Source of the DNA: Vicugna vicugna
Lineage: Eukaryota
Direction: 5' to 3'
Length of the DNA stretch: 64,000 bases
NCBI GenBank assembly: GCA_013265495.1
Contig: MU058233.1
Coordinates: forward strand, 719,038 to 783,037
Below, piece after piece: positions 13,371-26,717 of the stretch (its first letter is position 1; each line of letters opens with the position of its first letter). The notes beneath the pieces are model-generated. The model ran no database searches. It saw only the letters and a program-made list of their open reading frames with translations, and was not told where the DNA came from. Both the position numbers and the translations under genes were made by a program.

Positions 13371-13737
13371 GCACACAAAGCTGCTACTGAGGGAAGCACT
13401 GCTCACAACACACAGTGGACACCAGTAACTCCATGTCCAGTTAACATTCAACACGCCTTCCCATACCCGTCCTGTCAGGCCCAGGATGAGGATGCAGTTC
13501 CAGGTTCACCATCTTCAGAAGGAAGCACAGAAAAATGAGACAGAATTAGGTTTAACAGAGAGGAGGGGTTAAGAGCAGTCACCTGTGCCTCGGGGAAGAG
13601 TCCCAGGACAGGGATGTCTGAGCTGGGTCTTTGTGAGGACCAGTCTGCTAGCAATCACTAGACGCTTGCCTGCATCAGATGTTTCAGACCAGTTTACACC
13701 AGTGAGCAAGACAGGAAGGGTCTTTCTCTGGAATTTT

Positions 13738-14425
13738 TTTTTTAATTTAAGTACAGTCAGTTACAATGTGTCAATTTCTGGTATACAGCATAATGTCCCA
13801 GTCATGTATATACATACATATATTCATTTTCATATTCTTTTTCATTAAAGGTTACCACAAGATATTGAATATAGTTCCCTGTGCTGTAACAGAAGAACAT
13901 TTTTAAAATCTATTTTTATGTATAGTGGTTATCATGTGTAAATCTCAAACTCCCAAATTGATCCCTTCCCACCCCACTTCCCCCGGTAACCATGAGATTG
14001 TTTACTATGTCTGTGAGTCTGTTTCTGTTTTGTAGATAAGTTCATTAGTGTCCTCCTTTTTCTTTTTCTTTTTCAGATTCCACATATGAGTGATATGGTG
14101 TTTTTCTTTCTCTTCCTAGCTTACTTTACTTAGAATGACAATCTCTAGGTCCATCCATGTTGGTGCAAATGGCATTATTATTTTTTATCACTGAGTAGTA
14201 TTCCATTGTATATGTATATCACAGCTTCTTTATCCAGTCATCTGTTGATGGACATTTAGGTTTTTTCCATGTCTTGGCTATTGTATATAGTGCTGCTGTG
14301 AACAATGGGGTGCATGTTTATTTTCAAATTAGAGTTCCCTCAAGATATATGCCCAGGAGTGGGATGGCTGGATCATAGGGTAAGTCTATTTTTAGTTTTT
14401 TAAGGAATCTCCATACTATTTTCCA
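13738..14425 (-). mobile_element. 5'-truncated L1
   Basis: WRFLKKLKIDLPYDPAIPLLGIY (ORF2 end) plus 3'UTR; TSD ctctggaatttt. Confidence 0.88.
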
Positions 14426-14817
14426 TCTGCTCTGGAATTTTGAATGGGAGGTAAACAGTACAGAAACGTCTGCTTTCCAGTGGTAGGCACCTGGAAGTAG
14501 ACTAGAAAGGCTGGTTGGGAGGCCTCTCCAAGGAGTGGATCTGAGCCGAGCCCTGAGTGAGGAGACGGCATCACCATCTCTGCAGCAGAAGCAGTAGCAA
14601 CAGAGTAAGCAGTACACGTGAGGGCGCAGGTCTGGGTCGCTCTGTACGAGACCCCGGGGCGAGGCGGATGCAAGGGGTTTGCTGAGGAGGGGGCAGGAGC
14701 CATCCAGTGCTGGGCCTTTGTGGTCTACGGTATTATCTTTGTTGTTCTGTAAGCAGCCAACCCAAAACACAGTGGCTTCCAACAACTAATATTTCTCACG
14801 ACTATATTGGCTAGGGG

Positions 14818-14988
14818 CAGTGGTGTGCTGGTAGGCAAACTTTAACCAAGTTTTCTCCAGAAAAACAACAAGAAAATGACCCTGATTTGCAGCATTTACC
14901 AGTTTCCATGGGGTGCATGCATTTAGTGGGGCCAGTTTCAATCTACCAGCAGTGAGGTCCACAAACTGGACCCAGCGCAGCACCACGG
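14818..14988. mobile_element. MER63-like hAT DNA transposon remnant
   Basis: Starts CAGTGGTGTGCTGG and ends CAGCACCACGG (imperfect terminal inverted repeat). Confidence 0.55.
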
Positions 14989-17110
14989 GGGACACACAGG
15001 TACAGACACAGACACCCCTGGGAGCAGAGGGAGTGGTCAGAGGCAGCACATTCATCAAGAAGGGATGATCGTCAGTGCCTGTTACCTCTGTTTGAATTAT
15101 AACTTACGAACTGCAAGTTTATATGATTTTTCTAGATAGCTGTGTTTAAGCTACCGCCTGGAGTCATTCCTCAGATGGTGACAGTTGTCTCCTGGGATCT
15201 GGCCAGGTGGCCCTTCTGTGAGTCACCAGGGCTCATGGTGCAGCTGGCTGCTTTCAGCTGGCAGATCCACGGGTTCTCTGCACAGGGTGGCGGCTGAGCG
15301 CAGGAAGGACCTCGCACAGCTTGTTCCTGCTGCGTCCGCTTTGCTGACATCCAGGGGAGGATAGAGAGGAAAGCCAGGGAGGAAAGGACATCTGTGCGCA
15401 GCCGAGAACTGGAGCAGCACGTGGCTACACATCCCACCACAGGCTGGCCTTTCCAAGGGGAGTAACTGAGGCCCAGCCAGCACGGTTCCCATTAGGGTCA
15501 GGCCTGGGAGTGCGAGGGCCGCCGTCAGGGTCGGCTGAGATCTGGCAGGCTGTCTGGCCCAGTAGCCAGTCTGCCCTCCTGGCGGTGACACAGCCCCTGC
15601 CCCACCCCACCCGCCTAAGGGGTGCTGGTGGCTGACAGGTGGTGGGAGGCTCAGGACTGGTGGGTCATCAGCTTTGGGGTCAGAGACAGGCTCCTACCTT
15701 AACTGCTGGGGAAGCCACCAGTTCACCCACTCCTGCCTGGAGGGAAGCTGAGGTCTGGGAGGAATGACCCAGGATCGCATGCAGGTTCCCGCATCCAGAC
15801 ACTCTGGCCTTCCTAAATCCCACAGTCCCCACGTTTTCACTTCCTCCAGAGCACGGTTAGTTTCCTGGTGCTGAGCCACTGGTGTCATCTGAAGCAGCTG
15901 GCCTCTTCTCTGCGGGCTGCATGAGGGATGGTCTAGCTGCAGGACCCCCATCCCCCCAGCAGAGGCCTGGCCTAGACTCCTCTCTCTCCCAGCTGAGGCA
16001 TTTCCCTGGAGTAAAATCCACTGATGTCAACCTGTAGCTTTTGGATCTGAGCCTGCGCTTCCAATCTTTTTAGCCACGAGGTATTTCAGATGTGTTGCTG
16101 GGTTCTTGGTTACACCAGGAATCCGGACAAAGACGGAGCTTGGACCCACAGGCCAGGGAGGGCTAATGTGCAGGCCCTGGAGGCTACACAGCTGATGTGA
16201 GGTGGGGGCGGGGCCAGCCTCTCTAAAGGAGGAAGGGGAGCCCAAGAGGAACACGGGTCTGCATACAGGCTGACAGAGGCTGGGAGAGGACAAGGGCTGG
16301 GCCCAAGAAACTGAAGACAAGCACATGGGAGGCCCTCTGCATGGGCCGGCCATGTTCCCCAATGTGGCCTGAGACATGAGGACAGAAGCACAGGGCAAGG
16401 CTCCAGCACAGCTGCGGAATGGCCACTGGGTAGGGTGGGAGAGAGGGTGAAGGACGGGGGGGACAGATCATAAAACATTGCGTGGTGCACACCTTGTAAA
16501 ACAGCTTGTCCTCAAGCCCAGAGACCCACCCCACCCCATCCCGAGGCTCCTCCCCCGGGTTAGAGCTGACTGTTTTGATCCCGTATGCTCGTTAGCAACG
16601 GGGACTCCAAGTTCCCCCAGCAGGGCTGTGCCTTTGCCTTCACAGACAGATGCAGCATAGTCCAAGGAAGGCTGTGTGTTGTTTAAGCCTCGAACAAAAA
16701 AAGCAAGTACATTGCGAAGGGGCCTGCATCTCTGTTCTTACTTTCGGGAGAGGGGTCGGGTTGGGCATGAAGGGGGCGATGAGCCAACGTCCTAGGTGGT
16801 GGAGGGCAGCCCTGTGCCCACACAACTAGACACAAAGCTGTGGCTTCAACCTGGGCCCAACTGGCTGTGGCTCAGGGTTGGAGGACCCAAGAGAACCTGC
16901 GCCTTTTCCCAGGTGCTCAGCCAGCCCTGGGCCCCCAACCCCAGGTCACCTGCAGGGCCTGCTAGGCTCCTCCGAGTGGGGTCCCCAGTGGACTCTCTCT
17001 GTTAATAAGGTAACCAGTGCCACCTGCAGCCAGTCCCCACCGCAGCAGAAGGAGCACACAGCAGCCAACACACAAACCAACGTGCTGGGTAGAGAAACAG
17101 ACACGGCTTG

Positions 17111-17116
17111 TTTATT
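17111..17116 (-). terminator. CHFR: CHFR polyadenylation signal AATAAA (3'UTR ~17095-18139)
   Basis: tttatt on plus, ~1 kb past the stop, followed on the minus strand by a GU-rich tract (ttggtttgtgtgttgg). Confidence 0.75.
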
Positions 17117-18139
17117 GGGACGCAGGAAGGCAGCCTTCTTCCAGAGCGCTGCTTCTCAGTCTGCATCAAGAGCAAGACAAAGCTGAAAATTGTATTCCTG
17201 AGGAGAAGCAAAAAAGTTACCCTTTTGCAGACAAACCTAACAGATGATTTCGACAAAGGATAAACAAACTTTTTTTTTTTAAACAAAGAACAAAATTTCA
17301 AGTATTGTTCCGGATGACACGGCACACCCAACGCAGGAGGAGAGGGTGAGGACTCAGGGAAGCGCAGGTCCCTCAAGCTCTTGGCGGGAAGGGGCTGCTC
17401 CAGAGGAGCCAGGGGGTGACCCCTGGGCAGCCCCCAGTCCCCAACACAGGGGAGGAGCAAGAAATGGGCCCGACCGTGCCCTCGACGCCAGGGGTCTGGG
17501 GTTAGTAGCCCTGGACGGCTGATGACTTGTTTGTAATCAACAGAGACATACTCTTTCAAATATCATACTAGCCCCAATTTTAGTCCAATTTGTACATTAT
17601 AAATTATATCATTTGTGCTACTGGTTGTGATAGGTAAGTCTTATTAGAGGATAAGCACCAAATCTATGAAAACACAAGCGTGAGACGCTGGCTCGCCCTG
17701 CAGTAGGCGTGCTGGACGCCCACGGCCTGTCAGCCTCCCCTTCCTCAAACGACACAGCGCTCCTGACAAACTTTCCTCCCTCTCCCAGGACGCTTCTCCT
17801 GAAGAGGGATGGCTGTGTTGCAGTGGTGCGGGAAGGTGCAGAGGGCAGGCCTGCGGTCATCTCAGTGGGAGGGAACAGGTGACGGCTGCTTCTCGGGCCC
17901 CAGAGCTTGGTGGACGGCTTGTGCCGCCCTGGACCTCCCAGGCCACTGGAGGGCTTCTTACCGAGGGTCTCACTCCGCAAAGTAAAAGTCACACCACAGG
18001 GCCCGACGCGGAGATCCCCCCCCAGTGTCCCCTAAGGGGGGCTGTAAAATGCCCTCAAACTGTCGGAATTCGGTATTTTCTGAAACACGTGTCCTCGACC
18101 TCCAATATTCCTCAGCCATCTGGGTGCCTCACTGGATGC

Positions 18140-18182
18140 TTAGTTCTTGAACCTCGTCTGTTCACAGATGTGATTGAATTTC
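18140..18182 (-). CDS. CHFR: CHFR last coding exon (end of PBZ domain, stop)
   Basis: KFNHICEQTRFKN*; acceptor ccctgcag. Confidence 0.96.
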
Positions 18183-18552
18183 CTGCAGGGAGAAAACAGT
18201 CGAGTTACACCAGAGGGCGCAGAGAACATTTCAGATAAAGGAACTCTGAAGTTGCATGGGCAAGACCTCCAGGAGAGCTCAACTGTGTCCTTGAGAGTTT
18301 GCAAGGGCGTGTTCTTCATACCATCAAAGAAACTCACCCCCAGTGCAGGCTCTTTCCTCCTTTTTACATTTTAAAATAGAAGCTGAACATCTAGGGAATT
18401 TTCTGGGAGAAGAGACTCCAAGCTGTGCCTCGCTGGTGTCCCCAAGGCACTGCGGGGACCCTGCGGGGCTAACAACACCGCCACCTCTTCTCGGAGAAGA
18501 TGAGGGTGATTTTGCTGTCTTTACCTATGTCTTTATTAAGAAAGGTTAGCCA

Positions 18553-18700
18553 AGGGGGCGGGTACAGCTCAGTGGCAGAGCATGTGCTCAGTATGCACGA
18601 GGTCCTGGGTTCAATCCCCAGTACCGTCTCTAAAAACACATTTTAAAAATAAAAAAATAAAATAAAAAAATAAATAGACCTAATTACTCACCCCCCCAAA
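18553..18700 (+). mobile_element. tRNA-derived SINE (Vic-1-like)
   Basis: A/B boxes; TSD aaaggttag. Confidence 0.87.
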
Positions 18701-19537
18701 AAGGTTAGACAGTTGCTAATGGAATCTTTTTTCTTAGATTAAAATGGTCTCTTCCATGTGGTTTATGCTCAGATACAAAGGCAGATTTGTTTTTATTCCA
18801 CAAATCACTCCTGAGGCAGCTGCCTTTCCGAGTCCTCACGATGCCTCTTGAACCAAGGGTGCTCCCTCAACTACCTTAATTTGAACCTCCCGTGACTGTC
18901 TGGGGATCACAGTACTCTCAAACAGCATCAATCCACGAGACTGACTTGTGTGATCACTGTCTCTCGAGGTTTGGAAGTGGAGGCGAACTTGCTTGCATGG
19001 GCGGCCGCCTGGGCAATGTGAACGTCCATGTCAGCAGACCTCTAAAGAGCTAGGGGAAATGCCCAGTCAGTGTTCCAGCACCCACAGCACCAAAGACAGA
19101 GCCAGGTGTGCAGCGACCGTGGCTCAGGAAGAAGTTCTCAGTGACCACAGCCACTGATTCGGAAAGTGCTGAACGTTGAACGCGTGGGCTGGGAATGCCG
19201 GGCTGTGCTCCGGAGACATGGCAGTGGAGGAGGAGGTGAGCATTTGCATGCAAAGTTTTTATGAAATGAGGTAACAGAGAAGCAGAATTTCTAGGTGATG
19301 GAGATTTTCTGTATACTATGTGACTTGATAAAAGCGTGACAGCTGAGTTAGTACATTTATAAGTGGATCGTTGACTAGTTCATGAACATCCCTAAAACCT
19401 ACTGTATCAACTTGGCCAAAACACTTTAAGAAAGCACCTTCCTGTTGGGCGGGCACAGGTTGGCCCTTCTGCAGGGGACCCCCCACAGCCCCTTGGCGGC
19501 CTGGAGCCTGTGCCCCAGCCCCTGACACTGCACTCAC

Positions 19538-19610
19538 ATTGCATGGTGGGCCTTCACTTGAGTGCGGCAGTTGCGGCCCCAGTAGCAATCAGGACGGGAT
19601 GTTACAGCCA
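19538..19610 (-). CDS. CHFR: CHFR exon (human exon 17 equivalent), PBZ zinc finger
   Basis: AVTSRPDCYWGRNCRTQVKAHHA; ag/gt bounded, 73 nt. Confidence 0.95.
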
Positions 19611-19991
19611 CTAGGAAGAGAAAAAAATTAACTTCACACTCCCTGGCTAAGCCAAGTGCATGTAAACAGAGATCCGAGAAGAGAAACTGCAGCTCAAATG
19701 TGGCACTCGTCACACTTTCTGACTCGTTTCCTTGCCCCGTTCCAAGACCTCAGGAGAGGAAAGAATGAGATTGTCCAGTTGCCCAGAGGATGCTTTCCGT
19801 GCATCGTTTTAGGAACCTACTTCACAGACCCAGAGCCTGAGCAAACAGCAGGCAGCCCACAGCCCGAGACAGGCATGGATGGCCCTGGTGCCCTCTGGCC
19901 CAAAGAGAACCTCTGGCTATTACCACGGAGCATAGAAGCCAATCCAAACAGAAGTGAGTGGTGGGCAGGCAGGGCTGGGGCGTCTCCTCAC

Positions 19992-20099
19992 CCGGCAGCT
20001 CGGAAGCGGGAATGTTCTGCCGATACTGGTAGGACAGCTCTCGGAAGCTCCGCAGGCCGCAGCAGTAGCATAGCACGGTGTTCCCGGTGACTCTGTAAT
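19992..20099 (-). CDS. CHFR: CHFR exon (exon 16 equivalent)
   Basis: DYRVTGNTVLCYCCGLRSFRELSYQYRQNIPASELP; 108 nt, ag/gt. Confidence 0.96.
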
Positions 20100-20309
20100 C
20101 TGGAAGGAACACAGCTCACTACCCGCGCCAGAACAGCAGAGCAGACGCAGCCCTGTGAGCCATGGGGAAACCAAAGCCCAGACCTGTGCATAGGGTGGCG
20201 ACGGTGGGCTGGGTGTTCACAAAGAACAAAACCCATCTAGACGCCAACTTACTTACTTCCTCACAGCAAAATAATTCCACTTGGGTGAAAAACTGAAATA
20301 TTTTTTGCC

Positions 20310-20770
20310 CCTTGACAGATGCCTGGATAAAGAAGCTGTGGTAAATATATGATGGAATACTATTCAGCCATGAAATATGAAATAATGCTGTTTGCAGCAG
20401 CATGGATGGACCTGGAGGTCGTCATTCTCAGTGAAGTAAGCCAGAAAGAGAAAGAAAAATGCCCTATGACATTGCTTATCTATGGAACCTAAAAACAAGG
20501 ACACAAATGAACTTATCTACAAAACAGAGACAGACTCACATAGAGAACAAACTTACGGTTACCAGGGAGTAAAGGGGGTGGGAAGGGATGAATAGGGAAC
20601 TAGAAAATTGTGCCAGTTGGGGAGGGATGGGAATGTCAGCTGCCTTGATTGTGGGGGTGGTTTCAGGGGTGCGCACAGCTATCAAAATTCATCAAAGTGC
20701 CCATATGGAATATGTGCAGCTTACTGTACAGGAACCAGACCACAATAAAGGTATTTTTTAAAAAAGAAAA
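20310..20770 (+). mobile_element. L1 3' fragment with variant (swapped) tail
   Basis: L1 3'UTR to ~20610, then a tail shared with 55820-56242, ending CACAATAAAG plus A tract. Confidence 0.8.
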
Positions 20771-21974
20771 AGACAAAAACAGAAAGCTCCTCAATTTTGT
20801 TAAGAGTCAAAGATGGCAGATAAAACAATGACATCTCACTGTTTGTCCCTTTCATGTTTACAAGACCTAAAAGGCAAACACAGGCTGACAGGCTCAGGTG
20901 GTGCTGCCCTCGAGGCACGTCTCAACCATGCGTGCTGTTCTCCGACCATCTGCCTGTTGCCCTAAGTGGGCGATTTCTAAACCCACAGTACTGCATGCTC
21001 AGCAGCTTCAGCGCCATTTCAAGTAGTGAAAAGCTGGAAATACATACCCTTTACTAACAGATTGGCTAAACAAACTATGATACCAGAACACTATATAATA
21101 ATTAAAAATCAAGGCACAGATCTTTATTGATATAGAAAGGCTCTAAGATACACTGCTGAGTGAACAGGTTATAAAAAGCATATATGGTAGGATTTCATTT
21201 ATGAAAATTATGTACACACATGAATGCATGTGTTCAGAAGGGTGGTTACAGAGTATTACCACTGGGTGTATGTTTAGGTGGTGGGATTTCCAATGACTTT
21301 TTCTTTATCCTTCAGACTTCTTGGTACCACTTATACTTTCTTTGTGAACCACGTCATTCTTCTAAAAATAGCAAGCCATTAAAAAGCAAAAAGAGTTAAG
21401 ACCCAACCACACAGAGCTGTCCCAGCAGAGAAAACCCAAGACATGAGGCGAAAACAGCATAGAAAGAGTCCCAGTGAGCTTCTCAAGCCTTTCATAATAA
21501 TTCATGTCTTAGGAAAAAAAAAAACCACTCGCTGATTTTTCTGATCCCTCCCTCAGTGATAAGCATTCATACGTCACAGTGCAGGGGGTGTCCTTGGGAG
21601 GGGGAGCGAGCCTTCACTGAGTCACCCACACGCCGAGGGCCAGGCCAACAAGGACCCTGAGGGAGGGCTTGGGTACATCCAGCCCCGGGATCAACGCTGG
21701 CCAGTGGTGGAGCCCACACCTCTCTGGCTGTGCCCCGTCCCCACCATGGGAGAAAAGATGTCGACTCAAATGCAACTTAAAAAAAGAAATCCAAAAGTAT
21801 CAGGACCTTTCTGTCTGTCTCTGCCAGGGTGGGCAGTGGTCAGAGTTGTGAATGTGGGGAGGCAGACAAGTTAGTCCCGCCAAAGTGAGGCCTGGCGGGG
21901 CTTACTCTAAGAGGCAGAGGTCACTGGAAAGCGCCACCACCCTGGGACAGGAAAGCCAGTGCCACGAGGCTCAC

Positions 21975-22062
21975 CAGACAGCAGGAACACTCCCCTCTGA
22001 AGAGCCACAAGACTTTCGGTAAGCACGTTTTTCCACGTCAAACCCCTGGTTGCCAGGTAATT
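21975..22062 (-). CDS. CHFR: CHFR exon (exon 15 equivalent)
   Basis: NYLATRGLTWKNVLTESLVALQRGVFLLS; 88 nt, ag/gt. Confidence 0.96.
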
Positions 22063-23007
22063 CTGTAATGGAGACGGGGACAAGAGAAGAAATTGGAGCG
22101 TGGAGAAAGACACACTAAAATGGCAAGAGGATTTATACATCCTCAAAGGCCCATGAACCTGGGTAAAGCCAAAGTGGTGGGCACTTGGAGAGGGAAGCCA
22201 AGGGCGAGCTCTGCATGAGGTTAAGACCACAGCCTGGGACGGCGGGGACAGCCTCGTGGATCTGGAGGCCGGGACAGATGTGGTATCACATCCACAGGGT
22301 AGGAAATGAGACTTCTGTCAGAGATGCTTCTTCAGACTCTCAAAAGGCAGGTGAGCTCTAGAGCCTGAGTGGCAGAGTGACCACATTCTTTCTAAGATTC
22401 TGCAAAGACACTCCTGGCCTAGGAGCAGTGAGACACCTAATTCTGGCGACAGATCCACCACCACAGGACAAGGAAGCCCGGGGACTGGATCTGGGCTCTG
22501 CCCTTGAGACATATGGAGCCGCTCGGCCCCTTCTGTGTGAACCCACAAGGAAGTGCCATGCGGACATCTAACCGGAACAGTGGTCCTGAGGGGCCTGTCA
22601 TTCAGGTGAGAAGGCCCTCAGCCCTGGCTATGCAACACTGCACATAAATGGGGGGGAGGCAAGATTCCTGGCGAGAGACCGATGTACATGTCAGACACTG
22701 AAATTCTGGGAGCTGGGCTGCCTCCAGAAACATGGGAAGCCAGCCAAAAGGCAGTCCCTGGTTCCACACGAGGCCCAGCCGCTACCCCGGCCCCAGGAAC
22801 ACTCTGCATGGAGCAAGCAGGAGTTGAACCCATGGGAAACAATTCTCCTGGACTCTCAGCATGGTGGGCATGAAGGAGCACCTATTTTTTGAGAGTAGAG
22901 GAAGAGCAGATATGCAGGGGCAGCCCTGGGCGGAAGTGCAGTCGCCGAGGGCACTGGGAAGCTCTGGGGACCCGGGGGCCTTCCCAGAGTCCACATCCAG
23001 CCTGTAC

Positions 23008-23078
23008 CTTTAGGATGTCCGACTCGTAGTTGTTGTTGCTCAGCACCCCGTCCAGACACCTGTCACCCAGGTTGAGTT
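23008..23078 (-). CDS. CHFR: CHFR exon (exon 14 equivalent)
   Basis: ELNLGDRCLDGVLSNNNYESDILK; 71 nt, ag/gt. Confidence 0.96.
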
Positions 23079-23208
23079 CTGCCAGGACGTAGGGAAGAAG
23101 TATTACCTGTTTCAGACACTTTCCGAAAGCACCGCTCACCTGACAGTTAGGATGACCCCACTTCCCCCTTCCTTACTGAGTTTACAAAGAATAACAAGTT
23201 CCACTACA

Positions 23209-23398
23209 GGGGGCTGGGGAGGGTATAGCTGAGTGGTAGTGTGTGCCTAGCGCACACGAGGTCCTGGGTTCCATCCCCAGTACCTCCACTGAAAAACAAA
23301 ATTAGAAATAAGTAAGTGAATAAATCGATTTGTCCCCCACCAAAAAACTAAGTTAAAAAATACAGTAAAATTTAAACAATTTAAAAGGAAAAAAAGGA
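23209..23398 (+). mobile_element. tRNA-derived SINE (Vic-1-like)
   Basis: A/B boxes; TSD aagttccacta. Confidence 0.87.
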
Positions 23399-23666
23399 AA
23401 GTTCCACTATGAAATACAATACTGAACAGAGAAAAAGTAGTTAAAAGGGCTTCTGTTTCACTCCCTCCTGCAATGGCCTGTCTCCAATGCTCTGATTTGG
23501 GCTCAGGGGGCCCGGCCCACGTTTTGAGTGGGGTGTCCTGGTGCATAACTCAGGGTCTGCTACTGCTGGGGTCTGAGCTAACGCTCGCTGACCCTTCTGA
23601 AGTGGCAACCTACACAGACAACCAGGAAAGGTGGCTCATTCGGGGAGGCTGAGGGGCCAGCATTAC

Positions 23667-23750
23667 CACAGAATGGGGCCAGGCAGCCAAGGCAGCCGGT
23701 GCGGGTGCAGCCCCAGTACAGGTGGCAGAAGGGCTGTAGGCAAACAGCAC
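23667..23750 (-). CDS. CHFR: CHFR exon (exon 13 equivalent), cysteine-rich domain
   Basis: AVCLQPFCHLYWGCTRTGCLGCLAPFC; 84 nt, ag/gt. Confidence 0.96.
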
Positions 23751-24178
23751 CTGCGGACAGAGCAGAGCCGCTGGTCACGGCATTTGGTGAGGACAGTACG
23801 TACAAACAGTCCCTCGATAAACAACAAGCAAGCTGGGTTTTCAGAGCAGTCCCCAAAGCTGCCACCTATGAGCCTTGCACAACCACCATGGCCCTGGTCT
23901 GGGGACAGGGTCAGATGCAGAGCCCAGGAAGAGAACCGCCCGTGTGCGGAAACTCAGTGTGTGACGAGGCAGGGTTACCCATCGGTGGGAAGAGACAGAT
24001 TACTCGACACGGGCACGCGGGGACCACAAGTGACGCGCGTGGAGAAAACAGAACTATGTCCTCGCTTCACCCCAGACGCAGAGTCAGCAATGCTTTGAAA
24101 GCTAAGCTGGAAGGACACGCGGGAGGGGCTCCGTTGGGGGGGTCCATGGGCAGACTGGGTACGCGCATCCTCACTCAC

Positions 24179-24295
24179 ACTGCTGGGGGGCGATGCGAGG
24201 GTCCCGCTCACGCTCCGCCCGCCGGTCGGGCATGGGCTGGAAGCAGCAGTTGCAAATGGCATGGCTTCCTTGCAGGGCACACACGTAGTCCTGGG
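24179..24295 (-). CDS. CHFR: CHFR exon (exon 12 equivalent), cysteine-rich domain
   Basis: QDYVCALQGSHAICNCCFQPMPDRRAERERDPRIAPQQ; 117 nt, acceptor ttccacag, donor gtgagt. Confidence 0.93.
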
Positions 24296-25313
24296 CTGTG
24301 GAACAGACAGGAACATTCAGGCTGACACCTGCCAGGACACGGCTCGGCCCACACCTACAGGGAGGCTACAAAGGCCCCATGAGGACACAGGCCTACCAGG
24401 AAACCCGGACAGAATCCAGACCTGTTCTCTTGAACAGCCAAGTGACTGGCCACCCTTTAAACAAAAAACTTTACAGAGACTGAAAAATGACCAACGTTAT
24501 CTTTTGGTTCTGTAGTTGTAGCAAGATTTCAAAGATCTCTGGAAGGTTTCCTCCCCTCTCCTATGATGGAAGGGCAGGCCATAAAGCACACACTGTAAAA
24601 GAGTAGAGCAACTTCTGTACCTAGTCTCGGCTGGCTGAGCCTGCACCAGGAGTTGTGATCACATGGCCCAGCCCCAAGTCACTTGGAGACCACACGGGAG
24701 GCTCTGTCTGTGCACACACACCTGACAGAGGCCAAGGGGGTCTTCCATGCACCGCACTGCCCACCCCCATCTGCAGGGCCTATAAGAAAGCCCCCGGGAG
24801 CGGTGGCACAGTGTTGTGGCAGCTGGTAAAGAACGGGGCTCTGGGTCACAACACTTCAGTCAGTGGCCTCTTAGGCTTGGGCTGACAGTGGCTGAGAGGC
24901 CAGGCCCTACGACACAGATTCCATGTGTCCACTTCCCATTCCAGGTCCCGACGGCACCTGGGCACCTGCCCATCGAAACAGGCAGTTAACAGAGAGCACA
25001 GGGCAGCTCTGCTAAAATAGTGACCTGCTGCTGGCAAGAGGCCAGTCTCTCACTGGAGAGTGAAGGTCATTCTGGCTTGGCCGACACCACTGGTGACGGG
25101 GGCACCAAGAGTGAGAATCGGGACTGAATCCTCAGGTGTGTCCAGGAGCGGAGGCCCACGAATGAGCCAGTTAATTATACGGTTTCTTAGCCCAAAACAG
25201 GTGAGAAGCCATGAGCTATGCAAGGTAGCCAACAGCAGAGCAGAGAGGAGCCAGGAGAGACGCCAGGCCATGCCCCGGAGGTCACGCCGGCACAGAAGGC
25301 AAAGCCCCCTCAC

Positions 25314-25456
25314 CTGTTGCAACACTGGTGGATGTTGACGGCGCATCCCCAGGGGTTGCTGGTGCCCCTGGCTCGCTGCCAGGCCCTGGGCAGGGAAGAG
25401 GCTGCCCCGCCTGCCTTCGGTACTCAGGGCACTGTCTGCACACGACGTACGGCTGG
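25314..25456 (-). CDS. CHFR: CHFR exon (exon 11 equivalent)
   Basis: QPYVVCRQCPEYRRQAGQPLPCPGPGSEPGAPATPGDAPSTSTSVAT; 143 nt, ag/gt. Confidence 0.95.
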
Positions 25457-26370
25457 CTGCAAGGAAAGCACATGGACCAGAGCAAAGGGCACTGAGGTGA
25501 CACCTCCTCTGGCTGGTGTGTGGGTGGTGGCCACGGTACCCCCAGCCCTGTTGACAAGACAAGACCCAGAGCCCGGCTCATGGACCTGTCCTGCCTCCAC
25601 GTGTCAGCTTGCATCAGCTGCTGTCACCAAGGCTATGCAAAGGGGAAGGGTGGGCAGTGTCCCCACCTGCACCTGCACAGTGGGCTCTGCTCCCCACCAG
25701 CTCCCCGCTCCCCCTTCCCAGCACCCTCTCCCTCAGCCACTCATGGGATCCCCTGACCCTTGCAGTCCCCACGCTGGGCGATGCCCTCACCCGGCCCAGG
25801 GCACATCCTCCCCTTCATTAAAATCTGAGCAAAATACACGGCAGTGGGACTCTACTGTCCTCCCCCAGCGGGTGCATCCCCGCACTTGCTGTGCTGAACT
25901 CTGGAAACCTGCAGCGGGTAAAACAGGCTCCACGGGAGGGCAGGACATGGATGCCCGCCTCCCCTCAGTCAGAGGATGTCTTCCCAAGCCAGCAGGAGCC
26001 GGTGAGGGGAAAACAGGCAGGACCTGACTAGAAAGTGAGAGTGAAAAAACAATCAACCTCTTCCCTTGGAGACACACGTGAAAGGAACCAGACACTTTCC
26101 TGCTCCTTCACACCTAGTGTCAGGAGGGACCGCTGGTGTCCCCCAACACCAGGTGGCGCACCATCACTGGGACCTTGCCCTCGGATGTCAGAAGTCCTGC
26201 CAGGCACCTCTCAGGGAGACTCCTGACCTGAAGACCCTACTTCGTGGACACATCTCCAAGAAATAACAGGACGTGTGCAAAAGTATACACGCAGGATGTG
26301 CGCTGCAGCTTTGATCCCGAATTCCAAATATTACAAACTTTCTTAATTGTTAGAAAAAAAGTATGTGTGC

Positions 26371-26540
26371 GGGGCAGAGGGTATAGTTCAGTGGTAGAGT
26401 GCATGCTTAGCATGCACGAGGTCCTGGGTTCAATCACCAGTCCCTCCTCTAAAAAGAAACAAACTTAATTACCTCCTCTGCCCCTGCCAAAATAAAATAA
26501 GTAAATAATACAATAATACACAAATAAGATATTTCAAAAA
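26371..26540 (+). mobile_element. tRNA-derived SINE (Vic-1-like)
   Basis: A/B boxes, A-rich tail. Confidence 0.87.
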
Positions 26541-26717
26541 AAAAGTGTGTACAACCACACAAGTATGGCTAGATGAATACACAGTAAAACATTCATACAA
26601 AAGTGATTTTGGTTTTTTCTTTTTCCTTGACCAGTATTGACAAAACTCTGTGAAAAGAAACAAAGATCATAAACTGGGGGCCCAAGGTAGGGGGTTACCT
26701 TTTTAAATATTATGGCC

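Noticed and set aside
25218..26027. 269-aa plus-strand ORF (and 23699-24325, 28046-28630, 30310-30897)
   Set aside because: Antisense to CHFR exons/introns in GC-rich DNA; no recognisable protein family.
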